NCBI GenBank assembly: GCA_014055495.1
Contig: WIAG01000012.1
Span: 706 to 64,705, forward strand
Source of the DNA: Nitrospira sp. CR1.2
GTDB taxonomy: Bacteria; Nitrospirota; Nitrospiria; Nitrospirales; Nitrospiraceae
Direction of reading: 5' to 3'
DNA length: 64,000 nt
Position numbers and translations under genes: made by a program. The notes beneath the pieces are model-generated. The model was not told where the DNA came from. It did no database searches and worked only from the letters and a program-made list of their open reading frames with translations. Below, in pieces: positions 46,747-56,195 of this stretch. The stretch's first letter is position 1, and each line of letters begins with the position of its first letter.

Positions 46747-47421
46747 ATGAGCAGAGAGTCGAACATGAACGAACTAGAGCACACCCCCACCAGGGTGTTT
46801 GTCATCAACCCGCAGGAACTGGTCAGGGTCGGCATGCGGACCCTCCTGAATTCCGTCCCCGACTTTCGCATTGTCGGCGAAGCGCCTTCGGGAACCGAAG
46901 CGCTCCCGCTGTTGCTTCAACACAAACCGGACATCGTCATCGTGGATCTCCGCGTGCAGGACGGCACGGGCATCGAGACCGCCAAGGAAATCTTGTCTCA
47001 TTTGCCGGCCACACGCCTCCTGTTTCTCGCCGACACCCTGAACGACACCATCCTCCTGTCCGCCGTCTCCACCGGCGCCCACGGGTATGTGCTGCAAGAC
47101 GCCGGCGCAGAAACACTGATACTCGCGTTGCGCAGCATCACCAAAGGACAGGCCTACCTCGATCCGGGCGTCACCCGTCACACCTTCGCCTATCTCCGTA
47201 AAGTGGCGGATCGAGAACCCGAACGGGGCCGGCATCTGTTATCACCCCAGGAACGACGCTTGCTCCCCCTCATCGCGCAGGGCAAGACGAACAAGGAAAT
47301 CGCAGCCGAACTGGGATTGAGCGATAAGACCGTCAAGAACTATCTCGCGAATGTCTATTCCAAACTGCATCTCACCAGGAGGTCTCAAGCCGCCGCGTTT
47401 TACCTCAAGACAATTCCTTAA
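46747..47421 (+). CDS. NarL/FixJ-type regulator with atypical (degenerate) receiver domain
   Basis: C-terminal LuxR HTH LSPQERRLLPLIAQGKTNKEIAAELGLSDKTVKNYLANVYSKL. The receiver keeps the acceptor Asp (IVIVDLRVQDGTG) but has NP for the acidic pair (VFVINPQE), A for the T/S (LLFLAD) and Q for the Lys (GYVLQD). Confidence 0.8.
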   Translation: MSRESNMNELEHTPTRVFVINPQELVRVGMRTLLNSVPDFRIVGEAPSGTEALPLLLQHKPDIVIVDLRVQDGTGIETAKEILSHLPATRLLFLADTLNDTILLSAVSTGAHGYVLQDAGAETLILALRSITKGQAYLDPGVTRHTFAYLRKVADREPERGRHLLSPQERRLLPLIAQGKTNKEIAAELGLSDKTVKNYLANVYSKLHLTRRSQAAAFYLKTIP

Positions 47422-47432
47422 GAAGAGGCGCG

Positions 47433-50400
47433 TTGCCGCCGCGATGGCCGCAGGCTCAAGTTCCCCCGTCGGGAGTCCGACAGAGTACCGACACGCTCTG
47501 TCGCCCCCTCGGAATCAGCTCGAGCATGTACCATCTGCGATCCTTTCATCTCCGGCACATGACCGCCTGCGGAGCAGTGCTGCGTCGGCTGGGTACCGGG
47601 ACAAACAGCATCCAGGAGGTCGCCCACCGTCTCGTTCGCCACCTCTACACCTCCTTCACCATGGATCAGACCGGAGAGCCGGCCTGCGCCCTGGTTCGCC
47701 TGTTCAAGACGACACCGTACGGCCTCCTGACGCCGGATCTGCAAACGCTGGCCGACCAGAAGCTCCAACCACAACAGCCGAGCCCGTCCCTCCCGTGTCT
47801 GACCTTGCTTGCCAGCGCAGGCCTGCATCCCGGATGGAACGATCCCACCTTGTCCAGTCGCTTCCGTGTGCTCCCGCTGAACGGACCGGAGGCACTTGAA
47901 CGCCTGCCGATGTTCCATCAGCTGTTCAACCAGCTGGGATTCACGCTGCCTCACGCCTCCACCTCGAATGAGAACGTCCTGCTGGACCCGGGCGAGCACG
48001 GCTTCAACGTGTTCCATATCCCGGAGGCGCCCGGGAGTCCGCACGTCCCGGCGCAGGAGGAATTCGTCCGCAAGTACGGCATCCGGTCGGTGCTGGGCTT
48101 CGGTGCCCCGTTGCCGAACGAAGACCTGTTCTCCATCATACTGTTCAGCAGGGATTATATTTCGGAAGAAACCGCAGAGTTGTTCAAGCCGCTAGCTCTT
48201 TGCGCGCAGATCGCGCTCGCCCCTCATGCGAAGCCGACTGTCGGATCACGACAGGCCGCCGTCTCGCCACGGTCGGAGTCCGCCGACCTTGAACGATTGC
48301 TCGCCGTGCACGAACAGAGCGTGAAGGCACAAGCCGACCGGCTCGAACTGATCGTACAGGGCTCGCAGGTCGGCACCTGGGATTGGCACGTGCCCAGCGG
48401 GCGCGTCACGTTCAACGAACGCTGGGCCGCGATGCTCGGGTATCGACTCGACGAACTTGAACCCCATGTGCGCACATGGGAGCAGCTCGTGCACCCCGAC
48501 GATCTGCCCACAGTCATGGCGGCAGTCAGAGCTCATCTCCGTGGAGAGACATCCGCCTACTCCAGCGAACACCGCCTGCGCTCGAAGTCAGGCGCCTGGC
48601 TCTGGGTCTTCGACAGCGGCCAGGTCGTGGAGCGGGATGCCCAGGGAGGGCCCCTGCGCGCTACGGGCCTGCACCTGGACATCTCCGACCGGAAGGAGTT
48701 GGAAGCGGAGCAGGCACTCGCACAACGCGCCCTTGAGGCGAAACAGGCCGCGCTGGATGAAGCCCAGACACTCGCACACCTGGGATCGTGGGAATGGGAG
48801 ATCGCCAGCGGCGCGGAGCGATGGTCCGATGAACAATACCGCATTTTCGGCCACGATCCGGCGCACACCCAGCCGACCTATACGACATTCCTGACGGCAC
48901 TCCACCCCGACGATCGAGAGCGGGTGGAGCAGGCCGTCGCCAAGACCCTCAACTACGATACCCGTTACAACGTCGAGTGCCGAATCATACGGCCGAACGG
49001 AGAACTGCGTCATATCCACTGCCGCGGAATCGTCCATCGGCAGGCCGACGGCACACCGGTCGGCATGGCCGGAACCGTGCAGGACATCACCGAATACAAA
49101 CGCGCCGAATCCGCCTGGCGGGACAGCGAAACCCGCATGCGCTCCATCTTCGAAAGCGCCATCGAGGGGATCCTCGTGATCGACGAACGGGGACGAATCG
49201 AAACCGCCAACCCCGCGTTATTGAAACTGCTGGGCTACGAGGCGCATGAATTCATCGGAAAGAATATTTCCCTGATCATGCCGTCGCCCTACCGCGAGCA
49301 CCACAACGAATACCTCGCGAACTATCTGGTGACCGGGAAACGGGCGATCATCGGACAGGGCCGCGATGTGCCGGCTGTGCGGAAAGACGGCAGCCACATC
49401 GACATCCATGTATCCGTCAGCGAGATGCAGACCGGCGGCTCGAAGAAATATACGGGCATGATCCGCGACATCTCCGAGCGGAAACGCATGGAAGCAGCCG
49501 TCCGGGAGAGTGAAGAGCGCTTCCGCCAACTGGCCGAATCGATCGATGCGGTGTTCTGGCTCACCACTCCGGACAAGCAGCAGCTGCTCTACGTCAGCCC
49601 CGCCTTCGAGGCGATCTGGGAAGTTCCCCGGACCTCGCTCTACGCAAATCCTCAGTTGTGGCTCGACCACATTCACCCGGAGGACCACAAGCGGGTGTCC
49701 GTCGCAGCGGCCTGTCAGGCGCACCTGCCCTATGACGAAGAATACCGGATCGTCACGCCGAGCGGGCGGGTCCGGTGGATCAGGGATCGCAGTTTCACCA
49801 TTTGCGACGCCCAGGGAGAAACCTACCGCATCGCCGGCATTGCCCAGGACATCACGGGGGCAAAGGAACTGGAAGCTCAACTGCGGGCCAGCGAGCAGCG
49901 GCACCGGGCCCTGGTGGAGTTGTCCCCGCACGCGATCTACGTCAATTGCGACGATCGCATCGTGTTCGCCAACCAGGCCTGCGTCAAACTATTCGGCGCC
50001 ATCGCCCCTTCGCAACTGTTCGGGAAACCGGTCATGGACTTCATCCATCCGGACTCTCACAAGACCGCGCGGGAACGCATCGCCTGCCTACAGGCCACCT
50101 GTGGATCGGCCCCCCCCATCGAAGAAAAGTTTCTGGCGCTGGACGGTAGGATTCTCGAGGTGGAGGTCGCAGCCGCCTCCATTCGATTCGAAGGCAAGCA
50201 GGCGATCCAAGTCATTTTGACCGACATCCGGGCTCGCAAGCAGTTGGAGCGAACCTTACTGGCTACGAACGTGCAGCTCGAAGCCATTCTGGCCAGCGCC
50301 ACCAATATCTCCATCATCGCCACCGATCGTGTCGGCATCATCACCACTTTCAACAGCGGGGCGGCAGCGATGCTGGGCTATGCCGAGACGGAGATGGTCG

Positions 50401-52310
50401 GTCGACAGGCGCTTACGGCACTCCACCTGCGGGAAGAACTCGATCACTTAGCCGGCGAACTGCATCGCGAGGCGGTGACGCAGACCCAGGCGTTCGAGGT
50501 GCTGACCGAACGGGCTCGACGAGGCGGATTCGACGAACGCGAGTGGACCTACACGCGAAAAGACGGTGGGCGGCTGACCGTTCTCGTCACCATTACCGGC
50601 CTCCGGGACGATCACGGGCACTTGACCGGATATCTCGCCATCGGGAAGGACATCACGGAGCGGAAGCGAATAGAAATTGCGCTCAGAGAGGCGCGCGATG
50701 CGGCCCTGCAAACAGCCCAGCTCAAAGCCGACTTCCTCGCGACCATGAGCCATGAAATCCGCACGCCGATGAACGCGATCATCGGCATGACCGGATTGCT
50801 CCTCGATACCGCGCTCACGGAGGAACAGCATGATTTTGCCGATACCGTGCGCCGGTCCAGCGATGCCTTGCTGACGATCGTCAACGACATCCTCGACTTC
50901 TCGAAAATCGAGGCCGGCAGGCTCCAGTTCGAAGAGTTGGCCTTCAATATCCGCCTGGCCGTCGAAGACACCATGGAGTTGCTGGCAGAAGCCGCGCAGA
51001 GCAAGGGATTGGAACTGATCGCCCTGGTCGACGCGTCGGTTCCGACCGGGGTCCTGGGAGACCCCGGTCGACTCCGGCAAATCCTGGTCAATCTCGTCAG
51101 CAATGCCGTCAAATTTACTTCCACAGGCGAGGTCTTTCTGCACCTCACCTGCGATCCCCAGGCAGGACCGCATATGTTGCGGTTTACCATCACCGACACA
51201 GGAATCGGTATCGCACAGGAGGCGCAGGCAAAACTGTTCCAGGCCTTCGTGCAAGCCGACAGTTCCACCACGCGCCGGTTCGGCGGCACGGGGTTGGGCC
51301 TCGCCATTTGTCAGCGCCTGGTCACCCAAATGAAAGGGCAGGTCGGTGTCGAGAGTCGCCCGGGGGAAGGCAGCACCTTCTGGTTCACCGCGCACTTCCC
51401 CGAGACCGCCCTTGCCGACCCGCCTGCGGGTGTTTCCTGGAGTCACCTTCGCGGTCGGCGTATCCTGCTGGTGGACCCGAATAAGACCGTCCGCAAGGCA
51501 CTGCAGCAAGAACTCTCCGCGCAAGGCATCGAGTGCCTCGGCGCCGAGACCGGCCAGGCAGCCGTGGAACTGGCGCAGACCGCCGCCGCCATGCAGAAAC
51601 CCTTCGACTTGGCCCTGATCGAGCTGCACCTCACCGATATGGACGGGTTCGACACGGCAACCGCGCTCAAACAGGATCCCCGCACCGCGGGCATGCGATT
51701 GGTTATCCTCACCACGGTCGGACGGCGGGGCGACGGCAGCACCGCCCAGGCGCTCGGCATCGACGCCTATCTCACGAAGCCCATCCGGCAGTCACAGTTG
51801 TTGGACTGTTTCTGCCGATTGCTGGGCGTGCCCCTTCCGGCCTCGCCTACGGAGAACTCCGCCGCACATCCCTTGATCACGCGGCACACCCTGACTGAGA
51901 CCCACGTGGCCGCTGCGCCTCGCCTGCTTCTCGCCGAGGACAATCCCGTGAATCAAAAGGTGGCATGCAAAATGTTGGAAAAGCTGGGCTACCGCGTCGA
52001 CGTGGCCGGCAACGGCCAGGAAGCCGTGGCCGCCCACGAACGCGCTCCCTACCCGCTGATCTTCATGGACTGCCAAATGCCGGAAGTGGATGGATTTGAA
52101 GCCACGGCCCTGATCCGCAAGATGGAGGGGAAGTCGGCCCACACGCCCATTATCGCCATGACCGCCAATGCCATGCAGGGGGACCGTGAACGGTGCTTGG
52201 CCGCCGGGATGGACGACTATGTCGCCAAACCGGTCCGTCCGAAAGAACTGCAAGCGGTGCTGGAGACCTGGCTCGGAAATCGCGCAACCAGAACCGGCAC
52301 GACGGGGTAA
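47433..52310 (+). CDS. soluble hybrid sensor histidine kinase: unknown N-domain, ~6 PAS/PAC (one FixL-type heme-PAS), HisKA-HATPase, two receivers
   Basis: H-box FLATMSHEIRTPMNAI, N/G boxes NLVSNAVKFT and GGTGLGLAICQRLV, receivers ...LIELHLTDMDG and ...IFMDCQMPEVDG. Heme-PAS NISLIMPSPYREHHNEYLANYLVTGKRAIIGQGRDVPAVRKDGS. The start is uncertain (TTG 47433 or ATG 47526). Confidence 0.9.
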   Translation: MPPRWPQAQVPPSGVRQSTDTLCRPLGISSSMYHLRSFHLRHMTACGAVLRRLGTGTNSIQEVAHRLVRHLYTSFTMDQTGEPACALVRLFKTTPYGLLTPDLQTLADQKLQPQQPSPSLPCLTLLASAGLHPGWNDPTLSSRFRVLPLNGPEALERLPMFHQLFNQLGFTLPHASTSNENVLLDPGEHGFNVFHIPEAPGSPHVPAQEEFVRKYGIRSVLGFGAPLPNEDLFSIILFSRDYISEETAELFKPLALCAQIALAPHAKPTVGSRQAAVSPRSESADLERLLAVHEQSVKAQADRLELIVQGSQVGTWDWHVPSGRVTFNERWAAMLGYRLDELEPHVRTWEQLVHPDDLPTVMAAVRAHLRGETSAYSSEHRLRSKSGAWLWVFDSGQVVERDAQGGPLRATGLHLDISDRKELEAEQALAQRALEAKQAALDEAQTLAHLGSWEWEIASGAERWSDEQYRIFGHDPAHTQPTYTTFLTALHPDDRERVEQAVAKTLNYDTRYNVECRIIRPNGELRHIHCRGIVHRQADGTPVGMAGTVQDITEYKRAESAWRDSETRMRSIFESAIEGILVIDERGRIETANPALLKLLGYEAHEFIGKNISLIMPSPYREHHNEYLANYLVTGKRAIIGQGRDVPAVRKDGSHIDIHVSVSEMQTGGSKKYTGMIRDISERKRMEAAVRESEERFRQLAESIDAVFWLTTPDKQQLLYVSPAFEAIWEVPRTSLYANPQLWLDHIHPEDHKRVSVAAACQAHLPYDEEYRIVTPSGRVRWIRDRSFTICDAQGETYRIAGIAQDITGAKELEAQLRASEQRHRALVELSPHAIYVNCDDRIVFANQACVKLFGAIAPSQLFGKPVMDFIHPDSHKTARERIACLQATCGSAPPIEEKFLALDGRILEVEVAAASIRFEGKQAIQVILTDIRARKQLERTLLATNVQLEAILASATNISIIATDRVGIITTFNSGAAAMLGYAETEMVGRQALTALHLREELDHLAGELHREAVTQTQAFEVLTERARRGGFDEREWTYTRKDGGRLTVLVTITGLRDDHGHLTGYLAIGKDITERKRIEIALREARDAALQTAQLKADFLATMSHEIRTPMNAIIGMTGLLLDTALTEEQHDFADTVRRSSDALLTIVNDILDFSKIEAGRLQFEELAFNIRLAVEDTMELLAEAAQSKGLELIALVDASVPTGVLGDPGRLRQILVNLVSNAVKFTSTGEVFLHLTCDPQAGPHMLRFTITDTGIGIAQEAQAKLFQAFVQADSSTTRRFGGTGLGLAICQRLVTQMKGQVGVESRPGEGSTFWFTAHFPETALADPPAGVSWSHLRGRRILLVDPNKTVRKALQQELSAQGIECLGAETGQAAVELAQTAAAMQKPFDLALIELHLTDMDGFDTATALKQDPRTAGMRLVILTTVGRRGDGSTAQALGIDAYLTKPIRQSQLLDCFCRLLGVPLPASPTENSAAHPLITRHTLTETHVAAAPRLLLAEDNPVNQKVACKMLEKLGYRVDVAGNGQEAVAAHERAPYPLIFMDCQMPEVDGFEATALIRKMEGKSAHTPIIAMTANAMQGDRERCLAAGMDDYVAKPVRPKELQAVLETWLGNRATRTGTTG

Positions 52311-52326
52311 CGAAGGAACACACGCC

Positions 52327-55191
52327 ATGTCCGTCCACCCACTTCGTCCCAAACCACGACAGCCGGATCTTGCCCTGGACCCGAACATCCTGCATGTGTT
52401 GCCGGCCAACATCGCCGTGCTGGATGCGCAGGGCACGATTCTCGCGGTGAATGAAGCTTGGGAACGATTTGCTGCGGCCAACGGGTTCGTCGGCGAGGCC
52501 TACGGCGTGGGGCTCAATTATCTGCACATCTGTGACGCAGCGGCACCCAACGCCGACGCCGCGCATGTCGCTCAAGGCATCCGGCATATCCTGGACGGCA
52601 CCATTCGGGCCTTCTCGTACGAATACGAAAGCTCGAGCCCCTTCCTCCGCCGCTGGTTCCGCCTCATCGTGACTCCGATGCAGGGACACCGAAGCTACGG
52701 GGCCGTGGTCATGCATATCAACGTGTCGGATTTGAAGCAGGCCGAAGCCGCCATGCAGCGCAGCGAAGCGAGACTGCGCGCGATCGTCGAGACGGCCGTG
52801 GACGGGATCGTCGTGATCACCAACCGGGGCCTCATCGAATCCGTGAATCCGGCAGTGACCCGCATGTTCGGATACAGCCCCGAGCAACTGCTGGGCCAGA
52901 ACGTGAAACTGCTCATGCCCGACCCCTATCACACGGAGCACGACCAGTACCTGCGCAATTACCTGTCGTCGGGCCAGAAGAAAGTCATCGGTATCGGCCG
53001 CGAAGTCCTCGGCCTGCGCAGCGATGGCGTTTCGTTCCCCATCGAACTGGCCGTGAGTGAGATGCTCGTCGATGGCGCCCAGAAATTCACCGGTATCGTC
53101 CGCGACATCTCGTCCCGCAAACAGGCCGAAGCTCAGTTCCAACAAGTCGTGGAATCGGCGCCGAACGGCATGTTGATGATCAACCCCGAAGGGAACATCA
53201 CGTTGGTCAACAAACAGGTCGAGCAGATGTTCGGTTACACGCGGGAAGAAATGCTGGGGCAACCGGTCGAGATGTTGATCCCCGAGCGGTTTCGCGCCGC
53301 CCATCCCGCCCTGCGTAGCGGCTATTTTTCCGCCCCGACCTCACGGGTCATGGAAGCAGGACGAGAGTTGTTCGGCCTGCATAAAAAGGGACACGAGTTT
53401 CCCGTCGAACTCGGCCTCAATCCGATCGATACGCCTCGCGGCAAACTGGCGCTGGCCTCGATCGTCGATATCTCCATGCGCACACGTTCGGAACTCGCGC
53501 TCTCCAGAGCCACAGAGGACCTTGAACGGAAGAATTGGGAGTTGTCGGAAGCCCGCGACCAAGCCGTGCGGGCCGGCCAGGCGAAAACCGACTTCCTGGC
53601 GACCATGAGCCACGAAATCCGTACTCCGATGAACGGGGTGATCGGCATGACGACCCTCTTGCTCGACACCGAGCTGACCGCTGAGCAGAAGGGCTATCTG
53701 GAAACGCTGAAACATTCCGGCGAATCGCTGCTGCGCATCATCAACGATATTCTGGACTATTCCAAAATCGAGGCCGGGAAATTCACCATCGAACACATCC
53801 CCTTCGACCTGCGGCTGACCATCGAGGACACCCTGGACATCCTGGCGCCGACCGCGCAGGGACGACAGTTGGAGTTGGTCGGGCTCATCGACGCCCAGAC
53901 TCCGCGCACCGTGATCGGGGATCCAGGGCGGATCAGGCAAATTCTGACCAACCTGGTCGGCAATGCCATCAAATTTACCGAGAAGGGCGAAGTGTTGATT
54001 CAGGTGATGCAAACGGATGAAAGCCCCGGCTCCGTCACCCTGCGGTTCGAGGTCATCGATACCGGGATCGGCCTGACGCCGGAAGCCCAAACCAAGATGT
54101 TCCAAGCCTTTTCTCAAGCCGATAGCTCGACCGCTCGTAAATACGGAGGCACGGGGCTCGGCCTTTCGATCTGCAAACGCTTGGTAGAACTGATGCACGG
54201 GGAAATCGGGCTGCAGTCGATGCCGGGCTTGGGAACCCGCATTTCGTTCACAGTCAAGTTTTCTACCCCGGAAGAAGGCACCGCCCCCATCACGCCTCCG
54301 CTGCCTGTGAAGAATCTCAGCGGCCTTCGCGTCTGCCTCGTCGACGACAATGCCACGAATCGGAGTCTGCTCCAGTACCATGTCTCAGCCTGGAACATGC
54401 ACCACGACAGTGCCGTCGATGGTCCTTCGGCACTCAACCTCTTGCGACAGGCAGCCCAGGAAGGCACCCCCTTCGACATCGCCATCGTCGATGTGCACAT
54501 GCCGGAGATGAGCGGACTGGAACTCTGTCGGCTCATCAAGGAAGATCCTGCCATCGCGAAAACCCACGTCATTCTGCTCACGGCCTCGGGCCAACGCGGC
54601 GACAGCATGCTCGCGAAAGAAGTGGGCGCCGCCGCGTACCTGACCAAACCGATTCGTGAGCGCCATCTGGCCGATTGTATTCGCCTGACACTTGGTCGGG
54701 AAGGCCGCGAGGAGGAGAAGGCTCAATTGATCACGCGGCACACCCTGACCGAGGTCAAGGCCCATACGGTCCAGCGTGTGCTGGTCGTGGATGACAACCC
54801 CATCAATCAACGCGTGGCGGTGAAGATGCTCGAGAAGCTGGGCTGTCGCGTGGACCTCGCGGGAACCGGAATGGAGGCATTAGCCGCCATCTGCCGGCAC
54901 CCGTACCCGTTGGTGTTCATGGACTGCCAGATGCCGGAACTCGACGGATTCGAAACCACCAGGCTCATTCGTTCGCAGGAACAGCCGGGTACCCGTCTTC
55001 CCATCATTGCCATGACCGCCAATGCCATGGCCGGCGACCGCGAAGCCTGCCTGAAGGCCGGTATGGACGACTTCATCAGCAAACCGATCATCGCCGCCGA
55101 CCTCCAGGCGAAGGTTGCACACTGGCTGCCCGATGTGAGACCGGAAGACCTCAAACCCTCTGTCGCGGACAACGCGCCCGCGGGGGGTTAG
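52327..55191 (+). CDS. soluble hybrid sensor histidine kinase: 3 PAS (one FixL-type heme-PAS), HisKA-HATPase, two receivers
   Basis: Heme-PAS NVKLLMPDPYHTEHDQYLRNYLSSGQKKVIGIGREVLGLRSDGVSFPIELAVSEM. H-box FLATMSHEIRTPMNGV, GGTGLGLSICKRLV, receivers ...AIVDVHMPEMSG and ...VFMDCQMPELDG. GAAGGA RBS before ATG 52327. Confidence 0.9.
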   Translation: MSVHPLRPKPRQPDLALDPNILHVLPANIAVLDAQGTILAVNEAWERFAAANGFVGEAYGVGLNYLHICDAAAPNADAAHVAQGIRHILDGTIRAFSYEYESSSPFLRRWFRLIVTPMQGHRSYGAVVMHINVSDLKQAEAAMQRSEARLRAIVETAVDGIVVITNRGLIESVNPAVTRMFGYSPEQLLGQNVKLLMPDPYHTEHDQYLRNYLSSGQKKVIGIGREVLGLRSDGVSFPIELAVSEMLVDGAQKFTGIVRDISSRKQAEAQFQQVVESAPNGMLMINPEGNITLVNKQVEQMFGYTREEMLGQPVEMLIPERFRAAHPALRSGYFSAPTSRVMEAGRELFGLHKKGHEFPVELGLNPIDTPRGKLALASIVDISMRTRSELALSRATEDLERKNWELSEARDQAVRAGQAKTDFLATMSHEIRTPMNGVIGMTTLLLDTELTAEQKGYLETLKHSGESLLRIINDILDYSKIEAGKFTIEHIPFDLRLTIEDTLDILAPTAQGRQLELVGLIDAQTPRTVIGDPGRIRQILTNLVGNAIKFTEKGEVLIQVMQTDESPGSVTLRFEVIDTGIGLTPEAQTKMFQAFSQADSSTARKYGGTGLGLSICKRLVELMHGEIGLQSMPGLGTRISFTVKFSTPEEGTAPITPPLPVKNLSGLRVCLVDDNATNRSLLQYHVSAWNMHHDSAVDGPSALNLLRQAAQEGTPFDIAIVDVHMPEMSGLELCRLIKEDPAIAKTHVILLTASGQRGDSMLAKEVGAAAYLTKPIRERHLADCIRLTLGREGREEEKAQLITRHTLTEVKAHTVQRVLVVDDNPINQRVAVKMLEKLGCRVDLAGTGMEALAAICRHPYPLVFMDCQMPELDGFETTRLIRSQEQPGTRLPIIAMTANAMAGDREACLKAGMDDFISKPIIAADLQAKVAHWLPDVRPEDLKPSVADNAPAGG

Positions 55192-55283
55192 TCGGCCAGG
55201 GCATCACGCCTCGCGACCTCACGATTGACAGAACCCCACGCGCCCACTAGGATACGCCCTCAACAAGGAGGGTCCATACCGGC

Positions 55284-55841
55284 GTGAGTCATCCGTCTGC
55301 ATCCCATTCCCCGTCCCCACCGTCGACAGCTGGCCATCGTGTCGAGCAGCTCTTCGAAATCCTGATCTTCGGCAGCCGCTGGATTCAGGCTCCGCTCTAT
55401 GGCGGACTCATCGTCGCCGAACTGCTCTATGCCGCGAAGTTCCTGACGGAACTCTGGCACATGATCGTCCATTTCCGCGAAGAAACCGAAACGCTGTTTA
55501 TGCTGGGTGTGCTGTCGCTGATCGATGTCACCATGGTCGCCAACCTGTTGACCATGGTCATCATCGGCGGCTACGCGACCTTCGTCAGCAAACTGGATCT
55601 GGAAACCCACCCCGATCGCCCGGAGTGGCTCACCCATGTGGATCCAGGCACCATCAAGATCAAACTGGCCGCTTCGCTCGTCGGCATCTCCAGCATTCAT
55701 CTGTTAAAGGCCTTTGTGGACGTGACCAACGAGAATCCCGAACACATCAAGTGGAAAATCTTTATTCACATGACGTTCCTGGGTTCGGCGATCTTCCTGG
55801 CCTACACCGACAAGCTGATGCAGCGGGACCGGAAACACTGA
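55284..55841 (+). CDS. YqhA/UPF0114 family membrane protein
   Basis: LIFGSRWIQAPLYGGLIVAELLYAAKFL... and KIKLAASLVGISSIHLLKAF are typical of the family. GTG start. Confidence 0.75.
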   Translation: MSHPSASHSPSPPSTAGHRVEQLFEILIFGSRWIQAPLYGGLIVAELLYAAKFLTELWHMIVHFREETETLFMLGVLSLIDVTMVANLLTMVIIGGYATFVSKLDLETHPDRPEWLTHVDPGTIKIKLAASLVGISSIHLLKAFVDVTNENPEHIKWKIFIHMTFLGSAIFLAYTDKLMQRDRKH

Positions 55842-56195
55842 CCCTTCCGCAGCCGGCGAGACGCGTCTCTCAACTAGGGCTGGTCCCGGCGGCGCGACGG
55901 CGTCGTCCTCACGCCTCCAGACCTCCCGTCCAGGCGTGTAGCCTGTACCGCGTATCGATTGAGATACGCGCTGTATCACATCCGATAAGTGCCCTCCCAT
56001 ATCTCACTACGCATTCGCTCGTAACCCCACACCGAATCATTCGGAAACCGCGCCTCCCTCGTGACCTCGGCGACTCCGACAGGCCTTGAACCTCAGGGCA
56101 TGTGCCTTGCCTTTTCTTTCCGTACGATCGCTTACTCGAAACCGTTCTCGTGCAGTCCACCATCGGACCAGTCTGTCGAGTATCCTGGAGTCCCT

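Noticed and set aside
55858-55869. Perfect 12-bp palindrome GAGACGCGTCTC 17 nt after the yqhA-like stop. Also a hairpin CGCGTATC-GATTGA-GATACGCG at 55948-55969.
   Set aside because: Both are short, lack a U-tract and have no second copy in the window. They could be a terminator or an operator, but the evidence is insufficient for a feature call.
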